A DNA stretch of 64,000 nucleotides from the human T2T-CHM13v2.0 reference genome, Homo sapiens. The position numbers and the translations under genes were made by a program. The notes beneath the pieces are model-generated. The model was not told the DNA's origin. It saw nothing but the letters and a program-made list of their open reading frames with translations, and ran no database searches. Where the stretch lies: the NCBI RefSeq assembly GCF_009914755.1, contig NC_060934.1; one strand, written 5' to 3'. This document shows, one piece after another, positions 25,629 to 39,411 of the stretch; position 1 is the first letter of the stretch, and each line of letters starts with the position of its first letter.

Positions 25629-27214
25629 CTTTCTTTCACTTTTTGAGCTCTCCAACAAAATCTAACCTCAGGAAGTGATCTGACAAACTCATGCACATTT
25701 AGGCATTTATGTCTGAAAAGAGACCAATTGGCGACCCCTTCCAGGAACACCTGCTTGCCAATAAAATAACACGTTTAAGCCAGAAGAATTATTTTCTGTT
25801 GGCAAAATTTCAGGACTCATTGACCTAGTGGCCATGAGGGGAATCACACTTTAGGAGGCCCCACATTCTACGGCCTTTCTGTTGAATGCCTGGTATCCAT
25901 TTCCCCCACCACTCCAGGTCACAGTTTTATTAGTTGTTTCTGCTCTGAAATTCCCTCTCTGATCCAGAGCACACCAACTTCTGGTATCATAAGAAGAATA
26001 GGGTGTAAAAGTCAGCTCCAAACATTTCTGGGACTCTAATTACAGTACAGTCAGGCCCAGAACTGATGGTATCCATGGTCCATCTAATTCTGGAAAGGAG
26101 TTAAAGGCCTGGGTCTGGGGGAAATTGTGACTGTAAAAAGAAAAGCATCAGAAGCTCACAAAATGCGATTGTCATCTTAAAGGTTAGGGGCCAAATAAAT
26201 TAAGACATCTCATGGGGAGTTGTAATCCCCGTCAATATGACAGTGATTAAAAAAATGGCTGCTACTAACCACATGCAGCGTGGTTTAAATCTGACTCATC
26301 TGCTAGGCATCCCATCCTAATCAAAAGCTATTCAGGGGCTGGAAGGCAACCATCAAGCTCCAGCAGCAACGTGCCAGGGCCCACAGCTGCACAGCTGAAA
26401 ATGTCACGCCAGGGGCTGGCTGCCTCCCTTGCCCTGAACATTGCATCCCGCCTGCTGAGTGGGGGCTGGCGGAGCGGCCCAGCCAGCTGTGTCTGATGTC
26501 GCAGTTGTCCATGGGTTTCACCTTCCTTTTTCCTTGACCCATGGAGTTTGGGGAAAAAAAAAAAAAAAAAAAAGCTGCAAAGTCAAACAATGAAGAGACC
26601 AGAGAATTGAAGTCCATTTCCTTCCCAAACCAAATAATGTCCTCTCCTGCAGGGATTCTAGCAAACCTTCTGGTTCATTTTTCTCAAGGTGTGCAATTGA
26701 ACCTTCTTTTCTCTATCTAAGGCATTAAGTCAAGGTTGCTCTGTTTATTAGTACTCGGAAGCAGGTACTATAAAGAAGAGAAAATCAGTGGTGAAACAAA
26801 GGGAGTATATTTAATTTTTAAAATTTTAAAACAAACCATCTTTGAGGGCAATTGCATTCCTTAAGAACATGGGAATTCAAAGTGGCCCCTAGCCTCTGCA
26901 TGTCTAGAATTTCATAATTAGGAAAGGGGGGTTCTGAAGAAAGCATCAATGATGTATTGAGCACCTAGCATGCCCAAGAGACCAGCGCAGGTCTTACGTC
27001 TATAAACAGAGACTTGAGGTGCCCTGAGATTTACTCAAAATCACAGAGTTAATCACTTGTATCACTAGGTTTACAACCTAGGTTCTCTTACTCTCTTTTC
27101 AGGATTTTCTACCATATCACGTTGGCTTTTCCAAGAATTTTTAGATCTGGCAAAAAGGAAAAGAAATACAAAAAAATAAAAACTAATGCATAGTATTACA
27201 TAAAATATGCCTCG

Positions 27215-27948
27215 TGGTCTCAGAAAGACATACTTCGGGTGTTCGTACTTATTTGTGGAAACTTCAAATTAAAACAGTTGAACTCATGGAGATAGAGAGA
27301 ATGATGGTTACCAGAGGCTGGGAAGGTTAGTGAGGTGGTGGGATAGTAGGTGGAGCATGGTTAATAGGTACAAATAAATAGTTAGAAATAATGAGTAATA
27401 TCTAGTATTTGATAGAACAATAGGGTAACTATAGTCAATATGAATTTAATTGTACTTTTTTTTTTTTGAGACAGAGTCTCACTCTGTTGTCACGCTGGAG
27501 TGCAGTGGTGCAATCTCAGCTCACTGCAACCTGTGCCTCCTGGTTCAAGCAATTCTCATACCTCAGCCTCCCGAGTAGCTGGGACTACAAGTCCCCGCCA
27601 CCATGCCCAGCTAATTTTTTTTGTATTTTTAGTAGAGACAGGGTTTCACCATGTTGGCCGGGATGGTCTTGACCTCCTGACCTCATGATCCACCCGCCTC
27701 AGCCTCCCAAAGTGCTGGGATTAGAGGCACCAGCCACCACGTCCGGCCAATTTTTCATTTTTAAATAGCTAAAAGAGTATAATTGGATTGTTTATAATAC
27801 AAAGGATAAATGCCTGAGGCTATGGATCTCCATTCACCCTGATATGATTATTATGCATTGCATGACTGTATCCAAATATCTCAGGTATCCCAGAAATATA
27901 TACACTGTGTACCCACAAAATTAATAGTAAAAATATTGAAAAATAAAA
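27215..27948 (+). mobile_element. L1MA-like 3' end, interrupted by an Alu
   Basis: cagaaagaca...ttgaactcatggagatagagag...atggttaccagaggctgggaagg...gtacccacaaaa; possible TSD taaaatatgc. Confidence 0.88.
27456..27748 (-). mobile_element. Alu (AluSc-like)
   Basis: ggatggtcttgacctcctgacctcatgatcc. Confidence 0.93.
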
Positions 27949-28261
27949 TATGCTCCATGAACAGTATGGTTAATAAAAACCAAAGAAAGTCACTAGAAAA
28001 CAAAAAGTTGGTGAGAGGCTAAAATGGTGGGAGAAGAATTCAAAGAGGATATAGGACATAACTTGTAGCTTGAGAATATATGGACTAAGTAGAGTGGACA
28101 AGAAGAAGTAGATAATTCCAGTATATAAGAATATGATTACAGTGGTTTTGAGGGGGAAAGAAATGGTTTGGGTCATTCTGGTTGTAAAAGGCAACTTGCA
28201 GGAGAATAACGTGAGAAATCAAACAGAAGTCAGATAATAGAGGCTAGAAATGTAGATTTCA

Positions 28262-28593
<332 letters not shown>

Positions 28594-29703
28594 ATCCATT
28601 GAAAGCCTCATTATTCTTCTCTAGAAACTCCATGATTCTATGGCCTGTGAAACAAAATTAGGGTAGAGAAAGGACTAGAAGTGTGGCTAGCACCTGGACA
28701 TTCCCTCCTTAAATCTAGCACAAGGTGATGAGGTTGTGAGCTAAGGTGGAGGTGGTGGAAAGGAAAGGAAGGGTTGAGTGACAAAGTGCATTGAGAAAAG
28801 ACAGTCATCAGGTTTGGTAAGGCTAAACATGGATCATATCTATCGGTCGGGTGGTTGATATTACCATTGCCCTCATTCCAGTCTCTGCCTTGCCACTAAT
28901 TATCTAGTGCGACTTTGAATTAGTCCATTGAGCTCCAAGAAAAGGTTTTATGAGTCATCAGTAATCATTGAGATTCATGCATTTTTTAAATTCCATTAAA
29001 TTTCCTAGGAGCAACATCTCTTCACCCACAACATCTTCACTTAGCTAAACATGAAATTGTCTTGGTTGAAATGAGAAAATTAAAGTTATTATTAATAACT
29101 ATTAGCATCTATAATTGGAGGCACTCTCTTACATTTCACAATCTAATCAATTGCTATGTTCCTCTCTTCAGTCCATCAGCATCTCCTGGTCCCTCCTCCT
29201 TTCTCACCAGCCTCAACTCCATGGCTGATCATCTGAGCTTCTCCGCAGTCTTGCACCCAATTCTCTTGCACCTAGTTCCTCCTGTCCACTTACCTACCAA
29301 GACCTCATTCTTACATTAGTACTATGTTCTACCTTCTCTGCTTCTGAACACAAAAGAAAGAAAGCTTATAATAGGGAAAATTGCATAGTGTGTCTACAAA
29401 GTCCTAGTCTACATCTGAAAAGGATTCTTAGTCTTTTACTCACTGCTGGCCAGCTCCCTTTTCCCTCAATGACAATTCCAAACTATCTCTCTTCCACTAA
29501 CAAACTTGACAATGTCCACTGCCATCTTCCTCCTGAAACTGTCCATTTCTGTGATGTTGCCTCTCCTGGTTCTGCCAGACTCTCCTCTCCATCTATGGCT
29601 CCTCTGTCTGCACTAGCTCCAAAATTTGGTGTTTTGTCCTCAACTCGTTACCCCTGTCTTGAATGAGCTCATAATCCCATTGTTTTAAATACCACATAGA
29701 TAT

Positions 29704-30156
29704 TGTGTTGGGCAGAACAGGGTCCCCTCCCAAAAATCTGTGTCCTTCCTGGAGCCTCAGAACGTGAACTGATTTGTAAATGGGGTCTCTCAAGATATAA
29801 TTCGTTATGGTGAGGTCATGTGGAATAGCATGGGCCCTAATCCAGTATGACTAGAGTCTCCATAAGAGGAGAAGAGACACAGGGACAGACATGGGGAGAA
29901 TGCCTTTTGAAGATAGCGGCAGAGATGGGAGTGATAGGTCTACAAGCTAGTGGACTCCAAGGACTGTGGGCAGCCATCAGAAGCCAGGAGGGAAACATGG
30001 AGCAGATTCTCCCTAGAGCTTCCTGTGGGAACCAACTCTGATGACACCTTGATTTCAGACTTCTGGCCTCCAGAAACAGTGACAGAATAAATTTCTATTG
30101 CTTTAAGTAACCCAGTCTATGGTTCTCCGTAATAGCAGCCACTGGAAACCAATACA
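29704..30156 (+). mobile_element. Solo LTR, MLT1C-like (MaLR)
   Basis: tgtgttgggcagaacag...ggagcctcagaacgtga...gacaccttgatttcagacttctggcctccagaa...ggaaaccaataca. Confidence 0.88.
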
Positions 30157-30972
30157 CATGCTGATGACTTGCAAATAGATACCACCAGCTTCGCCTCCTC
30201 CCCAAGCCCCAAACTCATGTTTCCAATTCCTGTTTCCACCTGGCCTGTCTTCCTGGATTTCCTCACTGAGGACCGCAGCAGAAATCGTGCTCTTCCCTTC
30301 AAACTCCGCTCCTCCCTGTACTTACCACCACTCTTCTATGCTGGAGATATAGAAGGCATTTTTTGGTCTCTCCTCTCTCACAATCCCAGTAACTAAGTCC
30401 AGGTCTTGATCCTCTGTTGACTGAGTTTCTGCAAAATCTTCCTTCACTGATCTCCTGCTCGACTTCCACCCTCCAGTCTCTTCTACACAACCAAGAGTGT
30501 GTCTTCTAAAAGGCAAATCTCTCTATAAATGCTTAAAATACTTACAAACACTGAAAGGTTTTCTATCCATTAAGAGCCATGCTCTGTGCTTAGCATGGTG
30601 TACAGGGCTCCCAGAATCTGCCCTGCCCAGCTCTGTGGACTCATCACACCGTCCCTCCTCCCTCTCCATGCTCAGAGAATCCTGTGTTGCCTCCAGGACC
30701 CCATATTTGTTGATTGCCCCCATGCCTGTGCTCCTGTGGCCAGTCTTCTTTTCCTCTTCCTATCCCCTCCCTCCATAGCATCTTTCATGTATGACTTGAC
30801 TTATTCTTTCAGATCTGACTCAGTGTCACCTCCCTCAGGAAGCCTGCCCTGATACACCACTCACCCCCTCTCTCCCTGCACCCCAACCCTAAGCACGTTG
30901 CATGCTTCCTCTCTGCACTTCTAATCCTTTGAGAATAGCTCAAGGTTCATACTCACCATATTGTATTGTATC

Positions 30973-31405
30973 TTTTTTTAAATTTTAAATAAAAACTTTA
31001 CTTAAATTCTGGTATACATGTGCAGAACGTGCAGGTTTGTTACATAGGTATACATGTGCCATGGTGGTTTGCTGCACCCATCAACCCATCATGCACTAGG
31101 TATTTGTCATAATGCTCTCCTTCCCCTTGTCCCCAACCCCCCGACAGGCCCCAGTGTATGATATTCCCCTCTCTGTGTCCATGTGTTCTCACTGTTCAAC
31201 TCCCACTTATGAGTGAGAACATGCAGTGTTTGGTTTTCTGTTCCTGTGTTAGTTTGCTGAGAATAATGGTTTCCATCTTCATCCATGTCCCTGCAAAGAA
31301 CATGAACTTATTCTTTTTATGGCTGCATAGTATTCCATGGTGTCTATGTGCCACATTTCCTTTATCCGTTCTGCCATTGATGGGCATTTGGGTTGGTTTC
31401 AAGTT
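30973..31405 (-). mobile_element. L1PA (older, ~PA7-8-like) 3' end
   Basis: atacatgtgcagaacgtgcaggtttgttacatagg...; ORF 31196-31417 carries FAGTWMKMETIILSKLTQEQKTKH (L1 ORF2 C-terminus). Confidence 0.9.
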
Positions 31406-31787
31406 TTTGATCAACATATGTGTTCCTCCCTAGACTATTGGCTTTATGAGGACAGGAAAAATGTCCTGGCATGTAGTATATGGTAGCACCAGGGACACCA
31501 CAGGCTCTCGATCAGTGTTTGTTGAATGAATGAATGAATGAATGGAGAATGAATGAATGAGGGTCTACCTTCTTTACCAGTCACAATCCATGTTTCTTTT
31601 TGATCAGTTGAATGATAACTCCTTCTAGTCTTATTTATCTCTTTCTACCACTTGTGCCCCTCTACGTACCAGAGAATATGGCAGCTTAGGAAAAAGTTCA
31701 ACCAAAGCCAAATCGATGGCTTTAATTCCTTCTACTTTTGTTCCATTTCCAATACCCACCTCTCATCTCCATAATGGCCAGCTGAGA

Positions 31788-32227
31788 TGTGTTAAACGGT
31801 GGCCCCGAGAAAGGTTTGTCCATGTCTTAGAACTGTGAATGTGACCTCATTTGGAAAAAAACATCTTTGCAGATATAACTAAGTTAAGGACCTCAGGATG
31901 AGATCAGAGATGAGATCCTGCGTTATCTGGGTGGGTCCTAAATCCAATGATAAGTGTCCTCACAAGAGAGACACAGGGGAGAGACACATGGAGAAGTGGG
32001 GAAGGTCACGTGGAGATGGGGACAGAGGGTGGGCTGATGAGGGAATAAGACAAGAAGCTGGAGGAGGCAAAGAACCATCCTCCTCTTGACTCTTTGGAGG
32101 GGCCATGGCCCAGGTGACACCTTGACTTTGGACTTTTTGCCTCCCAAACTGTGCAAGAATAAATATCTATTGCTTAAACCCACCAATTTGGGGGTAATTT
32201 GTTACAACAGGCCTAAAAGATAAATAC
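31788..32227 (+). mobile_element. Solo LTR, MLT1C-like (MaLR)
   Basis: gaactgtgaatgtgacctcatttggaaa...gacaccttgactttggac...aataaa...ttgttacaacag. Confidence 0.82.
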
Positions 32228-32374
32228 CCTGGCTCTCTTAGAACTGCATGCCATTGCCTGCAAGAAACCACCATTAAGGACCTAGGAAATCTCTGAGTGT
32301 CTCTATTCCTGGATAAACAATTCTGAGCAAACATTGGGTCAATAATAAAAATAGGTAATTTTTATTAGTACAAC

Positions 32375-32560
32375 AACAAGAATAGTTTAGGTGTACTGAG
32401 CTCTTACCAAGTGCCAGGTAGAGTCCTAATCATTTCACATCTAGTAACTCATTAATCCTCCTGACAACCCTAAGAGACCATTACTGCTATTTTCTCCATT
32501 TTGCAAACAAGCAAACTGAGCTAGGAGAGGTTTTATCACTTTCCCAGGCTCTCACAGAAA
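32375..32560 (-). mobile_element. MIR SINE
   Basis: tactgagctcttaccaagtgccagg...taatcctcctgacaaccct...ccattttgcaaacaagcaaactgag. Confidence 0.7.
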
Positions 32561-33579
32561 CGAGCAGCAGGTACCACTCAGCCACGTCTTCGCATAAGGC
32601 ACAGTTGAGCGCAGAAGAGTAAGCACCCGCTCTGAGCCTGAGCGCCTGGTGCTAGTTCCAGATGTCCTTGGGCAGGTTGCCTGACCTCTCTGAGCTGGAC
32701 TGAAGCTCTGGCTCATCTCCCCAGTTCTGTCATTCTGGGGTCTCTCAAATCTGTCCTAGCTCTAGACTGCCATGATTTGCAAACCAGGTTTTTCCTATTA
32801 ATGGTGGCTTTCTTTTACATTCGCACAGCGCTCTCCTGCCAGAATCTAGACACCTGGTCTGCTTTGCCATTCAGTCAGGGAAAATAACCAGAAATGCAAC
32901 AGAATCAGCAGATTCCCAGAGCCATACTGAGGGGTGGTGAGGAATGTGCCTCATATTTTAAAATGTCCTCTTCCTCCTGCAGCCAGGCCTCACTGACAAA
33001 GCAGGCCTCAGGGCTGCCAGGGAACCAAGCTGCCTCTCGTTCTTATATCTAAATTTAATTTAACCATAGTGTTACCCTACATGTCAACAGTTCAGGACAA
33101 ATTGATGGATTCCAGTTTAACTATTTAGCTGTGCCAGTGGTAATGTGTGCAACCATGCATTAAATTAAAAATGACACTTGGAAATATGTATATCCGGGAC
33201 CTCAGTTCCGTGCACCAAATAGGAAAAAGATTTAAAATGCTGTCTAGTGGAGGATTACCACTGAAGAAGCATGAATCTCATTACCGCAGGCTGCACAGAA
33301 CACATTTGCAAAGCTCCGTTTAAAAGCTCTCTGATGGTAGCAGCCTGGTTATCTGGCTGGATAAACATGACATTTCCTTTCCATAATAGAAAGCCCAGTT
33401 GCTGCCAAAGCAAAGATGTTGTCAGGGTCCTCAATGTCCTCACACCCACCTTGATTCCTGGGCACCCACACTCAGCTTATGTGTCACCCATGCCAACTGT
33501 CTTCTCCTACCAAGACCGCAGTCCTACCCTTCACACAGATGTTCATGAACGTATCCACAGACAAATCACTAGAAAATTA

Positions 33580-33805
33580 TAGTCGTTATCATTTATTAAG
33601 TACCTACTATGTGCTAGCCATATTGCCAGACACTTCTTACAGTATCTCATTTAACAGTCCTATGAAGTCACTGTTATTAATTCATTTTGGCATATACAGA
33701 AATTGATGCTCAGAGAGGTGAAGTACCTTTTTCAAGATTGCACAGCGATGCAGGGCAGAGCCAAGGCCTGTCTAATTCCAAAGCTTGGTCTCTTTAACCA
33801 TAGGT
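33580..33805 (-). mobile_element. MIR SINE
   Basis: atttattaagtacctactatgtgc...gaaattgatgctcagagaggtgaagt. Confidence 0.75.
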
Positions 33806-35158
33806 AGCAGTGCCACTGGAACCATCACTCCTAAAAATGCCCAGTTAACTGAGCTTCTGTTCATATTTTGCATTCATCCATGAAATCAAATGAGCCTAAG
33901 GTACATCCTAGGTAAGAACTGCAAACTAAAGTGCATTTGCTTAGAATTATCCTACTCCTATGCTCTTTCCCTCTGGAGGCAGGCAAGTCCCTCTACTATG
34001 AACTCTTTATGGTCAGGGATCAGGCTTATTTGTCTCATACACCCAACACTCCGTCCCATGCCCAGCCTAGAGCAGGTGCATGTGAGCATTTATCCAGGTG
34101 CAGTGAACTGGGTGCTGGGGAAAAGATGGGAGAGAAGATGTAAGGGTGCCAGTGAGGTCCAGGAAGAGCATGGGGAGAGGACATGCCCATTGGAGAAACA
34201 CAGTCATCAGGAATGTAATGGTGGGAGAGGGAAAGCTCATCACCCTCGTTCTCACGCTAACAGAAAGGCATTTTCCCCAGGAGCCAAGCCAACGTTATCA
34301 CGGAAATAGCAGCCTTCAAATTCTTTCATCTTCCTGAAATGTAACTTCAGATCATTTGACTGTGAATCACAAGAGAAAGCCTAACAGCAAATATTCTCCA
34401 TGCTAAGTACAAATTTGGGTAAATAAGAAAGCAGAATGGAATGCGGGGAAAAAAAATAAAGACAAATGATCTAAAACCGAACTGCGGTAGTCTGGCGGGT
34501 GCTTGCACAGCCTGGCACTGTCTTCCCGTTTCTCCACGTAGATGGGCACTACCATCGCAACGGCAAAATGCAAATCAACCTTATTGTTTCATAAAAAAGT
34601 CCAATCACATAACCCAATTAAGTCCACTGTTCCTGAAACAATTGGATCTTCTAGGAAATGAACACAGATCAAGTCGAAGACATTTTCCTATTCACCCGAC
34701 TCCAATTCTGCTCATTTGTCTCCTGTTCTCCATGCTCTATCCCACTTCCATCTCCCAATGATAGGCTAGCAATTTCTTTTCTAAACAGAAACTCAACAGC
34801 CACCCAGTTTTGCATTTATTCAGCACATTCCCTGCTGAGAAATGTCCATTAGTGGGAGTTTTACCATGACCTAACCTTGCAGAGTTCTGGGTCGAGTTGG
34901 CACGGGTTGGGGAGAGGATGGGAGCAGGAGGCAGCTGAAATTAACCTGATTTCAGCAGTTGGCTCCTGAGTGTGTTTGCGTCTGTTGTCTTAATGGACTG
35001 TAAGAGATGCCAGGTTGTCTGCCAGAACCTGCTGTCAAGGTTGAGGGACACAGGCAGGCAGCCTGAGGGAGCCTACAGCCTGGGTGCTTGGTGCGGCTAC
35101 TCTTGGTCAGTCACCTCACACTGCCAGGTTGGTCTACCTGGAAGCCTTTGGCTTCTCC

Positions 35159-35291
35159 TGTTGTTGTTGTTGTTTTGAGGCAGAGTCTCACTTTGTCACC
35201 CAGGCCAGAGTGCAGTGGCACAATCTTGGCTCACTGCAACCCCCACTTCCAGGGTTCAAGTGATTCTCATGCCTCAGCCTCCTCAGTAGCT
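35159..35291 (-). mobile_element. Alu right-arm fragment with (TTG)n tail
   Basis: gagtctcactttgtcacccaggcc...cctcagcctcctcagtagctg. Confidence 0.88.
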
Positions 35292-35584
35292 GTTTTATTA
35301 TTTTCTAAAACACAACAAGATATTGTTTGTTGGATACAAACTGCCTTCCAAGCTTTATGGTAAACACCTTGAATAGCCTAGTTATTGTCCCCACATCACA
35401 GATGAGAACACTGAGGTAAACAGAGGCCATGGACTCTGGCCAGAAGAGGCCTTACAGAGCTAGGAAGGGGGAACAGGGCTGAAATTCATGCCCAAGCCAT
35501 TCGATTCCACATTCTATCATTGTTGGTTTCTGTAAGGGGACAGGTTCTTCTCCCAGGAACCAGATAAAGGGATGGAGTCTCTAG

Positions 35585-35971
<387 letters not shown>

Positions 35972-36746
35972 TCCTCTGTGCTTTTCAAAACAGTATCATG
36001 ATAATCACTACACCTTCAGTCCACATTGAATAAGGCAAGAGGCTACTATGAATTTAATGATGTTTATAAACAAATTTGTATCTTATTCATGACAATCAAA
36101 TCCACAAACATTTCATACGTGGCTAAGTCATGTTATCCAGGCGATGCACACTTCTCAGAGTACATGGGGATTCTTGGATTCCATGAATCGATTTAGAAAT
36201 CCACAGCCAGCATTGATTTCTGTCTCTGCTCCTTGTCTCATGGGTGGGTGCCCAAATTAGATGATGTAAAGACGGATAAGAATTCCGGCTTAAAAATAAC
36301 AGCACAACAACGATAGCAAACGAAATACATCTAAATGCTTCAATCAAGCGGGAATCTAAGGAGATATTGGACTTACTGTCAATGTTCTTTTACTCTAGGG
36401 TCTGACAGGAAGTCAGCCTGAGGACGGATTAAAGGTTGTTTGCCTAGGAAAGGAATGATCCTTGTAAAGAGAGCTTCCAGAGCCTTGAAGAAAGGGCCTG
36501 ATTGAAGTGAATTTCTTGTCATATGAGGACAAAATGCCCAGGACTGCCCACTCACTGCCTGGGGTCTCACCAGGATTGTGTGTTGTATTATTTTATTTTG
36601 CCAGAATGCCAGCGTCTTGTCTCTCCTGTTTGCTTATGCTACCACACAGCAAAAAAACACCAAGGCAATCTGTCCTTTCCTTTGGATCTGATCAACAAAA
36701 AAAGCAAGGGAGCTTCTTCCAAATTGCTATTTACTCTCTCGATGGT

Positions 36747-37294
36747 TATCAGAGGCATGTGAACCAGAGCAACCGCATCTTGAATAGGAGCTGAGCAAAA
36801 TGAGGCTGAAACCTATTGGGCTGCATTCCCAGACAGTTAAGGCATTCTAAGTTACAGGAGGAGATAGGCGGTCGGCACAAGATACAGGTCATAAAGACCT
36901 TGCTGATCAAATAGGTTGCAGTAAAGAAGCCGGTCCAAATCCACCAAAACCAAGATGGCGATGAGAGTGATCTCTGGTTGTCCTCCCTGCTACACTCCCA
37001 CCGGCACCAAGACAGTTTACAGATGCCATGGCAACGTCAGAAGTTACCCTATATGGTCTAAAAAGGGGAGGCATGAATAATCCACCAGTTGTTTACCATA
37101 TAATCCAGAAAGAACCATAAAAATGAGCAACCAGCAGCCCCTAGGGCTGCTCTGTCTATGGAGTAGCCACTCTCTAATCCCTTACTTTCCTAATAAACTT
37201 GCTTTCACTTTATGGACTCACCTTAAATTTTTTTCTTGTACAAGATCCAAGAACCCTCTCTTGGGGTCTGGATCGGGACCCCTTTTCTGTAACA
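36747..37294 (+). mobile_element. Solo LTR, MER41A-like
   Basis: tatcagaggcatgtgaaccagagcaac...ccaagaaccctctcttggggtctggatcgggaccccttttctgtaaca. Confidence 0.92.
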
Positions 37295-38002
37295 GTGACC
37301 TGATTTCTGAGTTTCTTGGTCTCAGATGGCTGCAGGAAAGCTAGGCAATCTACCATCGCAATGCTGCCTGACCACAAAGACAAAACAAGATCTGGTGTCC
37401 TTACCATTATCAAATAGTTTCACTTCTCTTATTCTTAAGATGAATTTTGAATAATTCCTGGCATCAAAGCAATAACCACCCTCCCAGAATTACAGGGAGG
37501 CTCTTGATGCTGGATGTGTGTTTATTCTGAAATCAATATGGGAAAGACAGTTCATTCTGAATGTATTTGATTAGAGGCCTAGACTTTAAATCCATATGAC
37601 TGCCATTGCCATTTATCCCAGGCAGAGGAAGCTAGCAAAGGGTTACTTGTATGTGTGATGTGAGAGCTGTCCCTGTGGAGCCCCATCAATTCCTGCATCT
37701 CTGTTTGGATAGGGTTTATTCGACAGGGCCTGACACTCTAGTCCACACATCACAGTGCTCACTCAAAGAACTTTGTCTGTGGAGTAGGCATCTAGGAGAG
37801 AATTTCTGACTCCAGCTCGTCTCACCTCAGTTCTTACCCAGCCAAAGTGCAACTCAGATTCTGAGCTCTGCCTCAGCCAGGGAACCAGAGTTCCCATCAA
37901 TTCGTGATTTGCCAAGGAATTCATTTGCAACAGGAACTGGAAGACCATGGTACAGTATGACCAGGGGAAGGACACTGATTCTTGCTGATTCTTGAGTGGG
38001 GT

Positions 38003-38311
38003 TTTGTGGTTTTTATGTTTTAAGAGATGGGGTCTTGCTCTGTTGGCCAGACTGGAGTGCAGTGGCATGATCATAGCTCACTGCAGTCTCAAATTCCTGG
38101 GCTCATGTAATCTTCCCACCTTAGTCTCCCAAGTAGCTGGGATTACAGTGCATGCCACCAGGACCAGCTAATTTTTTTTTTTTTAATTTTCTGTAGATAA
38201 GAGGTCTCACTACGTTGCCCAGGCTGGTCTTGAACCCCTGGGCTCAAGTGATCCTCCTGCTTCAGCTTCCCAAAGTGCTGGGACTATAGGTGTGAACCAC
38301 TGTGCTCAGCT
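38003..38311 (-). mobile_element. Alu (AluJ-like)
   Basis: atcatagctcactgcagtctc; TSD ggggtttt. Confidence 0.92.
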
Positions 38312-38595
38312 TCCAAAGGGGTTTTATAGCAGCCTTGACTTGCCAATCTTCAAAATTATCTGTGAGGCAAACCACATTTTGATTTCTTTTTTCACTTAGG
38401 AAGGTCTGAGACAGAGATCTTAAGCTGTGTGAGGTCAAAGAAGTCAGTCAGCAAAGCCATCTGACTGGCATTCCATTACTCACTTTTTCTACTAATATCA
38501 CTGGGGCACAAGGAAAAAACTTGTCATCGGGCCCCCAGATTGAATGAACAAAGAAATTGACACGAAACCGAAAGGGTTTTTAGGAAGCAAGGAAA

Positions 38596-38872
38596 GCAGT
38601 GGCTCACACCTGTAATCCCAGCACTTTGAGAAGCTGAGGCAGGTGAATCACTTGAAGTCATGAGTTCGAGAACAGCCTGGCCAATGTGGTGAAACCTCAT
38701 TCTCTACTAAAAATACAAAAATTAGCCAGGTGTGGTGGTGCATGCCTGTAATCCCAGGTACTTCAGGAGGCTGAGGCAGGAGAGTCGCTTGAACCCGAGA
38801 GGCAGAGGTTGGAGTGAGCTAAGATCTTGCTACTGCACTCTAGACTGGGTGACACAGTGAGGATCCATCTGA
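38596..38872 (+). mobile_element. Alu (AluSz-like), 5'-clipped
   Basis: gcagtggctcacacctgtaatccc...gacacagtgag. Confidence 0.92.
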
Positions 38873-39411
38873 GGAAAGAAAAAGGAAAAGAAGTTAGAGG
38901 GAGAGGGAGAAGGAGAGAAAGAAAAAGATAAAGAGAGAAAGAAAGAAAGAGAAACAGAGAGAAAAAAAGAAACAGAGAGAGAAAGAAAGAGAAAGAAAGA
39001 AAGAAACAAAGAAAGAAAGAAAAAAGAGAGAAAGAAAGAAAGGAGAAAGAAAGAAAGAAAGAGTGGGAGGAAGGAAGTGGGGGAGGAAGGAAGGAAGGAA
39101 GTGGGGGAGGAAGGGGAGTTTGTAGTGGTATCACACTGTGGTTTTAATTTGCATCTTACCAGTGATGAATGATGTTGCATGTCTTTTCATGTGCTTGTTT
39201 GCCATCTGTATATCTTCTTTGGTGAAGTGTCTGTTCAACTCTTTTGCAAAGAAGAGAAGAGAACAGAAGAGAAAGGAAAAGAAAGCCAGAAAGGGAGGAA
39301 GGGGAGGACGGAAAGGAGGAAGGGAGGGAAAGAGAAAGAGAAAATAAAAGAAAAGAAAGGAAAGAAGAAAGGAAAGGAAAAGAAAGAGAGGAAAGGGGAA
39401 AAGGGAAAGGG
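38873..39411 (+). repeat. Two GA-rich polypurine tracts (38873-39117, 39248-39411) flanking an antisense L1 fragment (39120-39247)
   Basis: Near-pure A/G runs; the middle segment gtggttttaatttgcat...tttgccatctgtatatcttctttggtgaagtgtctg is L1. Confidence 0.85.

Larger units (their letters stand above)
29150..31560 (+). mobile_element. Long L2 relic with nested MLT1 and L1PA insertions
   Basis: Co-linear L2 segments ending in (tgaa)n at ~31524-31560. Confidence 0.7.
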
